Positions 10,991-21,279 of a stretch of 32,824 nt of DNA are shown piece by piece. Source of the stretch: Octopus bimaculoides (Eukaryota); assembly GCF_001194135.2 (NCBI RefSeq), contig NC_068986.1, positions 69,506,235 to 69,539,058 of the forward strand, in the 5' to 3' direction. Below the pieces are notes generated by a model. The model was not told the origin of the DNA. It searched no databases and saw nothing but the letters and a program-made list of their open reading frames with translations. A program made the translations under genes and the position numbers. The number at the start of each line of letters is the position of its first letter. Position 1 is the first letter of the stretch.

Positions 10991-11927
10991 NAAAGCCCGA
11001 CGTTTTTGGGGAGTGAGCCAGTCGATTAAACCGACCCCAGTGCGCAACTGGTACTTAATTTATCGACCTCGAAATGATGAAAGGCAAAGTCGACCTCGGT
11101 GGAATTTGAACTCAGAACATGTAGACAGACGAAATACCGCTAAGCGTTTTGCCCACTGAGCTAACGTTTCTTATTTCTTTACTGCCCACAAGGGGCTACA
11201 CACAGAGGGGACAAACAAGGACAGACAAACGGATTAAGTCGATTGTATCGACCCCAGTGCGTAACTGGTACTTATTTAATCGACCCCGAAAGGATGAAAG
11301 GCAAAGTCCACCTCGGCGGAATTTGAACTCAACGTAGCGGCAGACGAAATACCGCTAAGCATTTCGCCCGGCATGGTAACGTTTCTGCCAGCTCGCCGCC
11401 TTAGCCTGCTCCAGATATTAACGCGCAAATGGCTGAGCACTACACAGACACGGGAACCTTTAAAGTAGTTCTCAGAGAGATTCAGCATGACACAGAATGT
11501 GACTTGGCTGGCTCATTTGCATTACAGGTACATCACATATTTGCTAACTGAATGGAGTGGAGCAACGTGGAATAAAGTGGAGCAATGTGGAATAAAGTGT
11601 TTTACTCAAAGACACAACGCGCCACCGGATATGGAACTCACGACTAACTACTAAGCCACGCGCCAATACATACATGCATACATACATACATATATACATG
11701 TTCAAACATACATACGCACACTCATGTATATATTCTTTTCTACTCTAGGCACAAGGCCCGAAATTTTTTTTGGTTGGGGGCGGGCAATTGGTACTTAATT
11801 TATAGACCCCAAAAAGATGCAAGGCAAAGTCGACCTCGGTGGAATTTGAACACAGAACGTACAGACAGACAAAATGCCGCTAAACATTTCGCCTGGCGTG
11901 CTAAAGTTTCTGCCAGCTCACCGCCTT
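10991..11927 (-). mobile_element. Cluster of three family A SINEs (about 10991-11170, 11171-11402, 11735-11927) plus another probable SINE-like repeat (about 11403-11665)
   Basis: Reverse-complement core GATGAAAGGCAAAGTCGACCTCGG.GGAATTTGAACTCAG occurs three times, with different subfamily tails. Confidence 0.85.
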
Positions 11928-11970
11928 ACACATATATATATATATACATTTACACACACACGCACACACA

Positions 11971-12016
<46 letters not shown>

Positions 12017-12667
12017 NNNNNNNNNNCACGCACACACACACACATATATATATATATATGAAAACTTACATAGAGACATACGCATATCAGTGTTTGTCAG
12101 CGCCTGTATGATTATATATGAGCGTGTATGTGTGTTTATGTGTATGTGTGTGTATGTGTGTGCGCGTACGTGTGTACGTGTGTGTGCGATTGTGTATGTG
12201 CATGCGCGCAACCCCATCACACACACACACACACACAGACTCTTACATGTATGTGTATATCATTTTGTCTGGGTATGCTCGTAATATAAGAGAGAGCTTT
12301 GAAAGAAAAATAATTGTGAACTACAGTTTAATTTCAAAATGGCAATTAAAGGAGTTAATAAGCACATATTAATATAATAAATAACTATAGCTACGTTTTG
12401 AAATAGTTTTGGAGTATGATTATTGAAAGACAATTAATAATTAATTAGATTATGATAATACTCATTGTGTAGAATATGTGCGTATATGTGTGTGTTTCTG
12501 AGTGTCTGAGTATGTTTGGAGTCTTATATGCCATGAAATTGTTCATCGTTTGTTTTGGTTTTGTACTTTGAATAACCTTGAATGTAGTCTAAGTAATGTG
12601 CTTCCACTTCCTTATAGTCTTATTTTACTGTATGTTACATTATATTTATTGTTTATAGCATCTAACC

Positions 12668-13061
12668 AAGTCGCGAACACCGAAAGCAAAAGAGTTGTCT
12701 GATTTTCAAAGAAGGCGTATTGTGAGTCAATCTGAGGTTGGACTTAGCCAGCGTAAGATTGCACAAAACCTTGCAGTTTCTCTTGCCGCACTCAACAGAG
12801 AGATAGTAAAATTTACCAACACAGGAAAGGAATGAACAGTATTCTGCTCAGCCGACCCGAGCCCTTTGACAAGTGTCTTCACCGTGCAAACGGATTTATG
12901 AAAATAGACTCCGTTGTAATGTGACTGATGTTGCAGCGCAAATCCACATGAGTCGGACTACTTCTGTGAGTTATCTCAATGAACTTGGCTACTGTAACAG
13001 AGTAGCTAGAAGGAAACCTTTCCTTCGACTCGCAAATATCCAAAGAAGAAAGCAGAAATAA
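12668..13061 (+). mobile_element. Tc1/mariner (Tc1/Tc3-like) transposase relic: N-terminal paired HTH domains only, no DDE domain
   Basis: Frame 1 reads [54 protein letters not shown]. Frame 2 reads RCNVTDVAAQIHMSRTTSVSYLNELGYCNRVARRKPFLRLANIQRRKQ. The RRKPxL motif and HTH pattern are characteristic of Tc1 transposases. Confidence 0.85.
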
Positions 13062-13647
13062 TCCTTCTAAAATGATGGTGTCTACTCGCTTTTGAGATGT
13101 ATGTATATATTTAGATATATACATACATCTTGCAGGCATATTTTCGTTTATTGGGAGCTATATTTCGATTTGAAGTCACTTCCTTTCTTGATGTTTCTCG
13201 ATTAATATCCTGGTAGACAGCAATGGCAAGCACTACGATTTCTGACTACCAACAGTCAAAAATCCGTAAACTACGGAGGAGTTCATCTTGTCGTTGGTCT
13301 GAAGATCCGACTAGGAAGATAATCAAAAAGTCGAAGATCAAGCTGAATTCCTCTCCCAACCAGCAGCATGCTCCATATAATCTCGCGACGATGGGTACAA
13401 GTGAAAACTGGTACAGCTGACAAGGTGTAGTAACAGAACAACTGAAATAAGAGACAATATGAGAAAAAGCTCGCTGTCAAAGCCAAAGGAATGCAAACCT
13501 CGACAAAAGGTAGTCAACTTTACTGTGGTCCGTAAAAACAACCACCACTGCAGTTTCATGCATACATAAGAGAATAACGATTTCGTAATTAATAAGTTAT
13601 ACATTGGATGTGAAATAGAAAATTAGTAGGAGTCCTGTAGAGATAGA

Positions 13648-13685
<38 letters not shown>

Positions 13686-13709
13686 TTAATAAAATAGATG
13701 GATGTTTCA

Positions 13710-13819
13710 ACCCGTTCTGGGTTTCTTCGGGTACACAAATAGATACGTAAAACCGAATCTCCAGTGAGACATTATATTTTTTTAATCTATTTATGTAGCC
13801 GAAGAGACCCAGAACGGGT
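13710..13819. mobile_element. MITE-like hairpin with 35-bp inverted arms and a 40-nt spacer
   Basis: 13710-13744 versus the reverse complement of 13785-13819: 32/35 identical. Confidence 0.65.
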
Positions 13820-14845
13820 CCTGCAATCAACAGATAATAACAGATAATCGAAACTGTGCTGGTGCTTTACTCATCATCCACTTATACATTTTGTATAATT
13901 TCTCCACACACACACACATACACACACATATACATATACANNNNNNNNNNNNNNNNNNNNNNNNNNNNNNNNNNNNNNNNNNNNNNNNNNNNNNNNNNNN
14001 NNNNNNNNNNNNNNNNNNNNNNNNNNNNNNNNNNNNNNNNNNNNNNNNNNNNNNATATTATTTTTCACGCCTTCAAGAGTTTTTTGTCGATTGAATATAT
14101 ATACTTACATATACATAGATACATACATACATACGTATATATATATATATATTTTTTTTATTTATGTGTTTCAGCCAAGTGGCTGCGGTCATGCTGGTGC
14201 ACCACCGTGAATATATATATATGTATGTATGTATGTATGTATATGTATGCATGCACATATATATATATATGCATATATATGCATGCATGTATGTGTGCGT
14301 ATACATTCAAATATATATATATGTATATATCTTTGTGCGTGCGATTGCACCCATCCCATCCCGACTGACAGCCAATGCTGGTTTGTTTACATCCCCTTAA
14401 ACTAGTGTTCGGCAAAGAGAGTTCGATAAAATAGGTACCCTGTTTATGAATAACTACGGTATCGATCCTTCCGATTAAACTCTCCAATGTGGTGCCCTAG
14501 TATGTCTGCAGTTGAAAGACTGAAACAAGTAAACGAGGTAAGACATACATACATACATACATACATACATACATGCATGCATACGTACATTCAGGGATGT
14601 CTGTGAAGACACTCTCACCGGCCTCAAAAAAGACAAACAAAAGAACGTATTTTATTCTAAATTTAATCAAACTGGTCGCCTTCAAAATATTTGACTCCAT
14701 TGTTTATATGCTATTCCCAACGACCTTTCATGTATTGGAATGCGTCCTGGAACTCATTTTCATGTGTAGTGTGATAGTCTCCAAGCGACTTTTGTTGCAT
14801 CTTTTAGGTCGTTTGAAATTATTCATTTTTATTGTTCATATGTCT

Positions 14846-14988
14846 AGGCATAGGAGTGGCTGTGTGGTAAGTAGCTTGCTTACGAACCACATGGTTCTGG
14901 GTTCAGCCCCACTACGTGACACCTTGGGCAAGTGTCTGCTACTATAGCCTCGGCCCGACCAAAGCCTTGTGAGCGGATTTGGTAGACG
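14846..14988 (+). mobile_element. tRNA-derived SINE, family B head. A degenerate minus copy lies at about 16185-16297
   Basis: Box A-like TGGCTGTGTGG and box B-like GGTTCAGCCCC, followed by CACCTTGGGCAAGTGTC..CTATAGCCTCGG..GATTTGGTAGACG. Confidence 0.8.
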
Positions 14989-15184
14989 TATATATGTTTG
15001 ACTTCCATTTTTTAAGAGACATTAAAATAAAGGACTATTTAAGTAGTGATATTCAGGTATCAACTTACCCACTCCCTCAAAACAGGTAGCTATGTCCTTA
15101 ATTCAAAAAGCATTATTGACAGTGGTGTTTTTGCAGAGAAAATGGAGCGTCGAACATAATGCTTGCAGTTATTTCTTCTGGCTC

Positions 15185-15520
15185 TTTTACTTACTGGGTT
15201 CAAATCATTTGAAGGTCATAGCTTTTCATCTCTCTGGAGTCTATAAAATAGAGTATCAGACAAGTACTGGGGTTGATGTAATCGACTAATCCTTTCGTCT
15301 TAAAAATTGCTGCTGCTGTGCACAAATTTGAAACAAGAGCGTCGGACAACATGCTTAGTGGCATTTTTTCTGATTTTACATTCTGTGTTCAAATTCTACC
15401 GAGGTTAGCTTTGCTTTCTCGGAGTCGATAACGTAAGTGCCAGCTGAGCAACGGAGGCCGATGTAACCGACTTAACCCCTCATTTAACACTGCGGGCCTT
15501 CTGCCAAAATCTGAAATGAT
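15185..15520 (+). mobile_element. Two degenerate tandem family A SINEs
   Basis: GGTTCAAATC/GTTCAAATTC, GTCGATAA, GATGTAATCGACT and AAATTTGAAAC motifs. Confidence 0.7.
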
Positions 15521-16324
15521 AAATGCAACGAGCTATCAGAACCGGGGTCGATGCCATCTACTTATTCTCTTCCCAAAAAATTCGTGGCACAAGGCCATTA
15601 ATTTGGGGTGGTGTTGATAAAACCAGTTTTGGGATATTGATATTGTTGTCAAAGTAGACTACTTTGCCATTTGTTCAAATTTCTTGCCTGAGAGGCAGTC
15701 AAAAGATTTTTCATCAACGAAGGAATTCTGTCAATGCTAACAATTTTCCCATTGACTTTCAATGCCGCAGTGCGGTGTGTTGTAACCCTCGAGTGGGTCC
15801 TATTTTTACATACACTATATTATCAAATACCATTTTTCAGTTTCATTTGACGCCAGGAATTTGCTTTTGTGGTGTCACTTTGACATTGTCTTCATATTTT
15901 CTTTAAAGTCACAGTTTTGTAAGTATATGTTTCTGCTATGATTAGTTGGCACTGTATTGTTCTATCTATATAACTTTTGATGTGAACATTACCAACCATT
16001 TCAATCCTTTTATTCTTAAGTTCACTATTAGACTTCTGCCAACTTGGACTCACCACCATGAAGTGTCTACATTTGATTATATCGATCTCACATGCACACA
16101 CACACATACACGCCTGCACACACATACCTCCAGGCATACGGGCACACGTATACAACACACATGACAAAGTTTGGACAGTTTCCGGTCTACCAAATTTCAT
16201 TCACAAAATATAGCTCCACCCAACGCTTCAAGTTGTTGCATGGTGGTATCGAACTCAGAAACATGATTATGAAGTGAGTTTCTTAACCACACAGCTATCC
16301 CATATTATTAATTATTGTTCATGT

Positions 16325-18152
16325 CAAGGTGGTGAGCTGGTAAAATCGTTAGCATATCTGACGGAATACTTAGTGGTATTTCTTCTTGCATTACGTTCTG
16401 AGTTCAAGTTCCGCGGCGATCGAATTTCTGTTTCGAGGTCGATAAAATTAGGACCAATTAAATAATGAGGTCGATAAAATTAGAACCAATTAGATAATGA
16501 GGTCGATGTAATCGACTAGCTCCCTTCTCCAAAATTTTAGGCCTTTTGTTTTTAGTAGGTAGAATTATTAATTAATGTTTCACGTCAGTGACATCTAGCA
16601 AGCATCAAAAAAATATGCTTTCACTCGTTCACTAAGTCTTCTCTGAGTAAAACTTGAAACAAAAATGCTTCCATCACTGGATTATCATATATCTAAACAT
16701 TGTTTCAAATTTTGGCACAAGGCCAGCAATTTTCGGGGGAGGATCTATGTTGATTGCATCGACCGCAGTGCTCAACTTGTACTTATTTTATCGACCTTTG
16801 AATTGATAAAAGGCAAAGTCGACCTCAGCGGAATTTGAACTCAGAATGTGAAGACGGAGGAAATGCTGCTAAGTATTTTGCCCGGCGTGCTGCCTTAAAA
16901 ATATTCCTAAATAATATTGTATATTAAGTTGCTACAGCTGTTTTTGTTGTGGTTTAGTCCCTGGTCAATCATTATCGATCACATTTATTATGAAATATTT
17001 TCCAACCAGGACCACGCCGTCTTTATTTAGAGGCAGTGGATCGCGGACTACAATATCCAATGCAACTTTTAAAAAAAATAAACAGTAAGGTGTGATTTCA
17101 GGGAGATCGGTTTGCTGTTTTTGACAAGATGGAGACTGTACACAAAATCTCTTTCATTGATACTGTTAATGTCTCGTAGGCTGAAGACGTAAGTAGTCAT
17201 ATTGACGGAATGACTTGGGACTGTCGAAACCATTTTCATTCGTTTGGGTTTTGATATAAAATAAAAATTTCCAAATCAGTCTATTAGTTAAGCTTGCAAA
17301 ATTCTTTCTCATTTTTGACGCAAGGTCAGCAGTTTTGAGGGGATGGGGAAGTTGTTTTCTTCGACCCCAGTTCACAAATGGAACATGATTTATCGACCCT
17401 GAAAAGAAGAAAGCAAAGTTGACCTTGACGGAATTTGGAAATGCCGCCAAACTGTTTGTTCGGCTCGATAACAATTCTGAAATACTGGTTTCAATTTTTG
17501 GCACAAGGTCAGCAATTTCAGGAGGGGGAGGGGAGTAAATCGATTACTGGTACTTAACTGGTACTTATTATATCGACCCCGGATGGATGAAAGGCAAAGT
17601 CAACTTCGGCGGAATTTGAACTCAGAACATGAAGACGGACGAAATGCCGCTAAGCATTCTGTCCGGTCTGCCTACGACTTTGTCAGCTTGCCGCCTTCCT
17701 CAATTCTGTAATATTCTTTTCTACTCTAGGCACAAGGACCGAATTTTTGGGGGAGGGGGCCAGTAGATTAGATCGACCCCCAGTACGCATCTAGTAGTTC
17801 ATTTATCGATCCCGAAAGGATGAAAGGCAAAGTCAACCTCGACGGAATTTGAACTCAGAACGTGAAGACGGACGAAATGCCGCTAAGCATTCTGCTCGAT
17901 CTGCCAACAATTCTGCCAACTTGCCGTCTTCCACAATTCTGTAATATTAAGGCAAGAACTAAGGCGGCGAGCTAACAGATTTGTTAACATCCGAGCAAAA
18001 TGCTTAGTGACATTTCGTGTGTCTTTACGTTCTAGGTTCAAACTCCACCGAGGTCAATAAATTAAGTACCAGTTGAGCCCTGTAGTCGATGTAACCGACT
18101 TTCCCGTCCTTCCAGAAATTGCTACCTTGTGCCAAAATTTGAAACTAATATT
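16325..18152. mobile_element. Dense family A SINE cluster: + 16325-16570, - 16700-16895, - 17320-17470, - 17485-17700, - 17716-17933, + 17960-18152
   Basis: Family core found in each. A 32-bp internal tandem duplication sits at 16435-16498, and a 15-bp direct repeat flanks the 17716-17933 copy. Confidence 0.85.
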
Positions 18153-19077
18153 AAGACAAGAACTTAAACTGAATAATAATGACATCGTAACCCCTCAAAA
18201 TATACAGACCTTTAAGATCTCCTTTTAACACATGCAAATCTTTAACGACGAGTAGCTTCCACACTGTCTTCACACTTGTCATATGTGTTACACTCATTTT
18301 CACCTCTACGCCAACTGTACTGAGTTTTACCCTGTAAGCTACGAAGACCATTTTAAAAAACTATCGCTTTCTTGTTTCTTTTTCTGATTTATTCTAATTA
18401 TCAGCGCTATCATGTTCCAGTTTAAGATATAAATCTCTCTCTGTTTGGTGAATTTGATCCATGAAATATTGCTTTATATAAGGAGGCAAGTTTTATCTGG
18501 GAAAGCCAACTCGAAGGATCGGCAATGACTTTCTTTCAATCAGTATTAGTGAAAATAATGATTATACCAACGTGAAAGTACAATTCACGTTTCTAGAGAT
18601 ATCCTGTAGGGGTGATTCACACACATACACATGCGTGCTTCTCCTTCTCTCTCCTTCTCTCTCCCTCTCTCGCTCTTTCTCTATCTATCTGTGTGTATGT
18701 CTGTGGAATGATAATTAATCTAGCAGATACTACTCCCCTACACACACACTCACTCTATTCACATACACACACACAAATGAAGGACCTCAGTTTTGAAACT
18801 GTTCTACTAATTATCACACGCACACTTAACTCCGCTACGTTAAAACATTTGAAAAGCTGATGTTCTTAATCCCTTTGTTATAACCTTTTTTTCTTTTACC
18901 ATTTATATATATTTTTATGAAATATCTTTAGATAGAACCATAACCAGTAGCAGAAAAAAAAAACACAGTAGCCAACGACAGAGCTTTACGAGGTCGGTCA
19001 GTATGCTAGACATGCTATTCCAATTTTTAACCCAAATCGCACTCAAAAACAAAAGGTTCGGCGACGATACATTCGAC

Positions 19078-19327
19078 CAGTGTTTCTCAACTATCTGTTA
19101 CCTATGAACCCATTTGATTCCTATTTTACTCGGGTGGACCCTCCTAGACATCCTATGTTTAAAATAATCATATATTTTTATAATGAAATATTAGGAATCG
19201 TATTTAAAAAGTGGTTAAAATATTGTGTGTATTACAGGAGTATAACCAATGTATTGCAGATTAATTTTAACAAAAAAATCTTATATTAACCCCGAAGGAC
19301 CATATGGATCCCGGTTGAGGACCACCG
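19078..19327. mobile_element. hAT-type (Charlie-like) MITE
   Basis: Ends CAGTGTTTCTCAAC ... GTTGAGGACCACCG fit the CAGTGGTTCTCAAC-type TIR. The 8-bp flanks CATTCGAC and CAATAGAC (6/8) fit a decayed hAT target-site duplication. Confidence 0.7.
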
Positions 19328-19839
19328 CAATAGACAATATAGTCTTGTATATTATGAAACAGGATGGATAGACATGGATTTTTTTATATCACATGGTCTA
19401 CACGATCAGGATTTAACTGGACTATTCAGCAACAACAGTATAATTGAATTCAATGAGTAATTTCAACGGAAGTTACTCCATAAAAGAACGTAATATGTGT
19501 ATATCATACAGTGAAGTGATATGAAGTGGTAGGTGAGTGAAATATCGGACACTTATCCTTAAGCATTGGGGAGAAAGAGAGAGATGTGTGGGAAGAGAAA
19601 GAGGGAGAGCGAAAGAGGTCGGTGGGAAAAGAGACAGGTAGGAGAGAGGGAGAAAAGGGAGAGAGAGGGTAGAGAGAGAGAGAAGGGTATAGAGAGAGAG
19701 AGAGAGAAAAAGAGAGGTAGGGAGAGAGAGAGAGACTCTTTCTATGGTTACTAAATATGGAGCCATTTGTACATCGTAGCCGTTCAAAACTATCTCTCTT
19801 TTACAGTTCTTATGGTGTTAGGAAGCTGCACGGTGTGTG

Positions 19840-20050
19840 TGGAATCGTTTAGCACATGTGATAGAGTTCGTCAAAGCATTGTATTTGATGTGATGTTGAG
19901 TCTTTGATATTCAGTTTTCGTATCTGTATTTAAAAGCAGGCATCTTATGACAGACAACTTAGACTACGTGTTTTGTGTTGAAATACCAGTCTCACTGTTG
20001 GCAATGTTTTTTTTTTCCTTAGAAACTTTTAATTTATTAATGAGTTCCCC
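19840..20050 (+). repeat. Interspersed repeat, left arm of an inverted pair
   Basis: Reverse complement of 21052-21279. Core 19962-19995 versus 21110-21143 is 31/34 identical. Confidence 0.8.
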
Positions 20051-20619
20051 CCCCCCTCACCCAGTCTTTTGTTTATGTCACCATTTCCTTATGTGGATTA
20101 ATACTTTTAATAATACTAGTAGAATCGAGAGAGTAAACAACAAAATATCTCACAACCTTTAGTTACCTCCCCTCACTCAGTTCAACTCGCACCGGAGTCG
20201 ACATGGTTTTCAAACTTCGAGTCGATGAAAAATAGGTACCAGTCAAATACTGATGTCAATATAGTCGGAGTGTTCCCCGTCCCCCCCTCTCTCTCTGTGA
20301 ACATTGTACCTAGTTTAGAAATCACTATGAAATGTTAAAGGTGAGAGACCGTCTTAATAATTTCTCCATTACTACATTCAAAGTGTGCATTGTTTATACT
20401 ATGGGTGCATCTAAGACACGATATTATGAAAATTGTATGCTGGTCCTGAAGGAAGACCTGCAGTATTATGTAAGTATCTTGCAGTTTTTTTTTTCTTTTT
20501 TTTTTTTGAAACATAACAATAGACAAGTNNNNNNNNNNCTTTTTTTTTTTGAAACATAACAATAGACAAGTTAGGTTCGATTCTGAGCAAATGTAAGCAC
20601 TTTTTCTGTAGAAATTTAC

Positions 20620-20980
20620 TTAACCGGTTTTGAATAAGTGAATTAACCGAGCACACGCAATGTTGGAAAGGGGACAATCTCCCGCCCACCAAACCGGATT
20701 TTCAAGGCGTCGCAGGTGTAAGGCTAGTAACTGTTTCTGAAATATTGAAGGTAGATTGCGTGAATGCACATAGCCATAGATTAGTTTGGAAATAGAGTCA
20801 CTTACTTAACTGTCTTGCGTCACTAGATATAGTTGCAGGAGTCATCGGCGAGATAAAGATTTCGCATTCGAAAATTTAATTACAACAACTCTGCGCGATT
20901 GTATATTTTTAGAACGGCCCGGAATGAGTGGAAATATTTGTATCGTGAGGTAAGGATATACCAACCCGTGGCGGGTTTCT
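20620..20980. promoter_or_regulatory. Unique CpG-enriched patch, possibly promoter or 5' exon region
   Basis: About 20 CpGs in ~360 bp of apparently non-repeat sequence (by eye), with a GC-box-like CCCGCCC at 20681-20687. Confidence 0.35.
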
Positions 20981-21051
20981 CTAAAGTGAACTTATCGAGT
21001 AGACATGATAAGGTTTAGTACAGAAGTAGCGATATAAACAATAAACTAAGT

Positions 21052-21279
21052 GGGGACCTAGTTATCAAATTAAAAGTTGTTAAAAAATGACATTGCAGCC
21101 ATGTTAGTGGTGAAACTGGTATTTCAACGCAGAACACGTAGTCCCTCTTGTCTGATATATGATGCTTGATTTTAAATACAAGGATGGAAAAAACTGTTCG
21201 ACCAGCCTGAATTATGGACACGACGTCACAGCAAATATACTGTTTTGACAGACTGTATCAAATGTACTAAACGATTCCA
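21052..21279 (-). repeat. Interspersed repeat, right arm of the inverted pair
   Basis: See 19840-20050. Also TGGAATCGTTTAG(C/T)ACAT.TGATA.AG.. is shared in reverse complement. Confidence 0.8.

Noticed and set aside
11566-11608. 20-bp tandem duplication (and the 32-bp one at 16435-16498) as CRISPR-like or satellite units
   Set aside because: There are only two units, no spacers, and they lie inside SINE-like repeats. These are ordinary slippage duplications in a eukaryotic genome.
13223-13420. 65-aa ORF MASTTISDYQQ... and other short non-repetitive ORFs (596-856, 893-1093, 21982-22167, 28558-28740)
   Set aside because: No recognisable domain or splice context, and the lengths are expected by chance.
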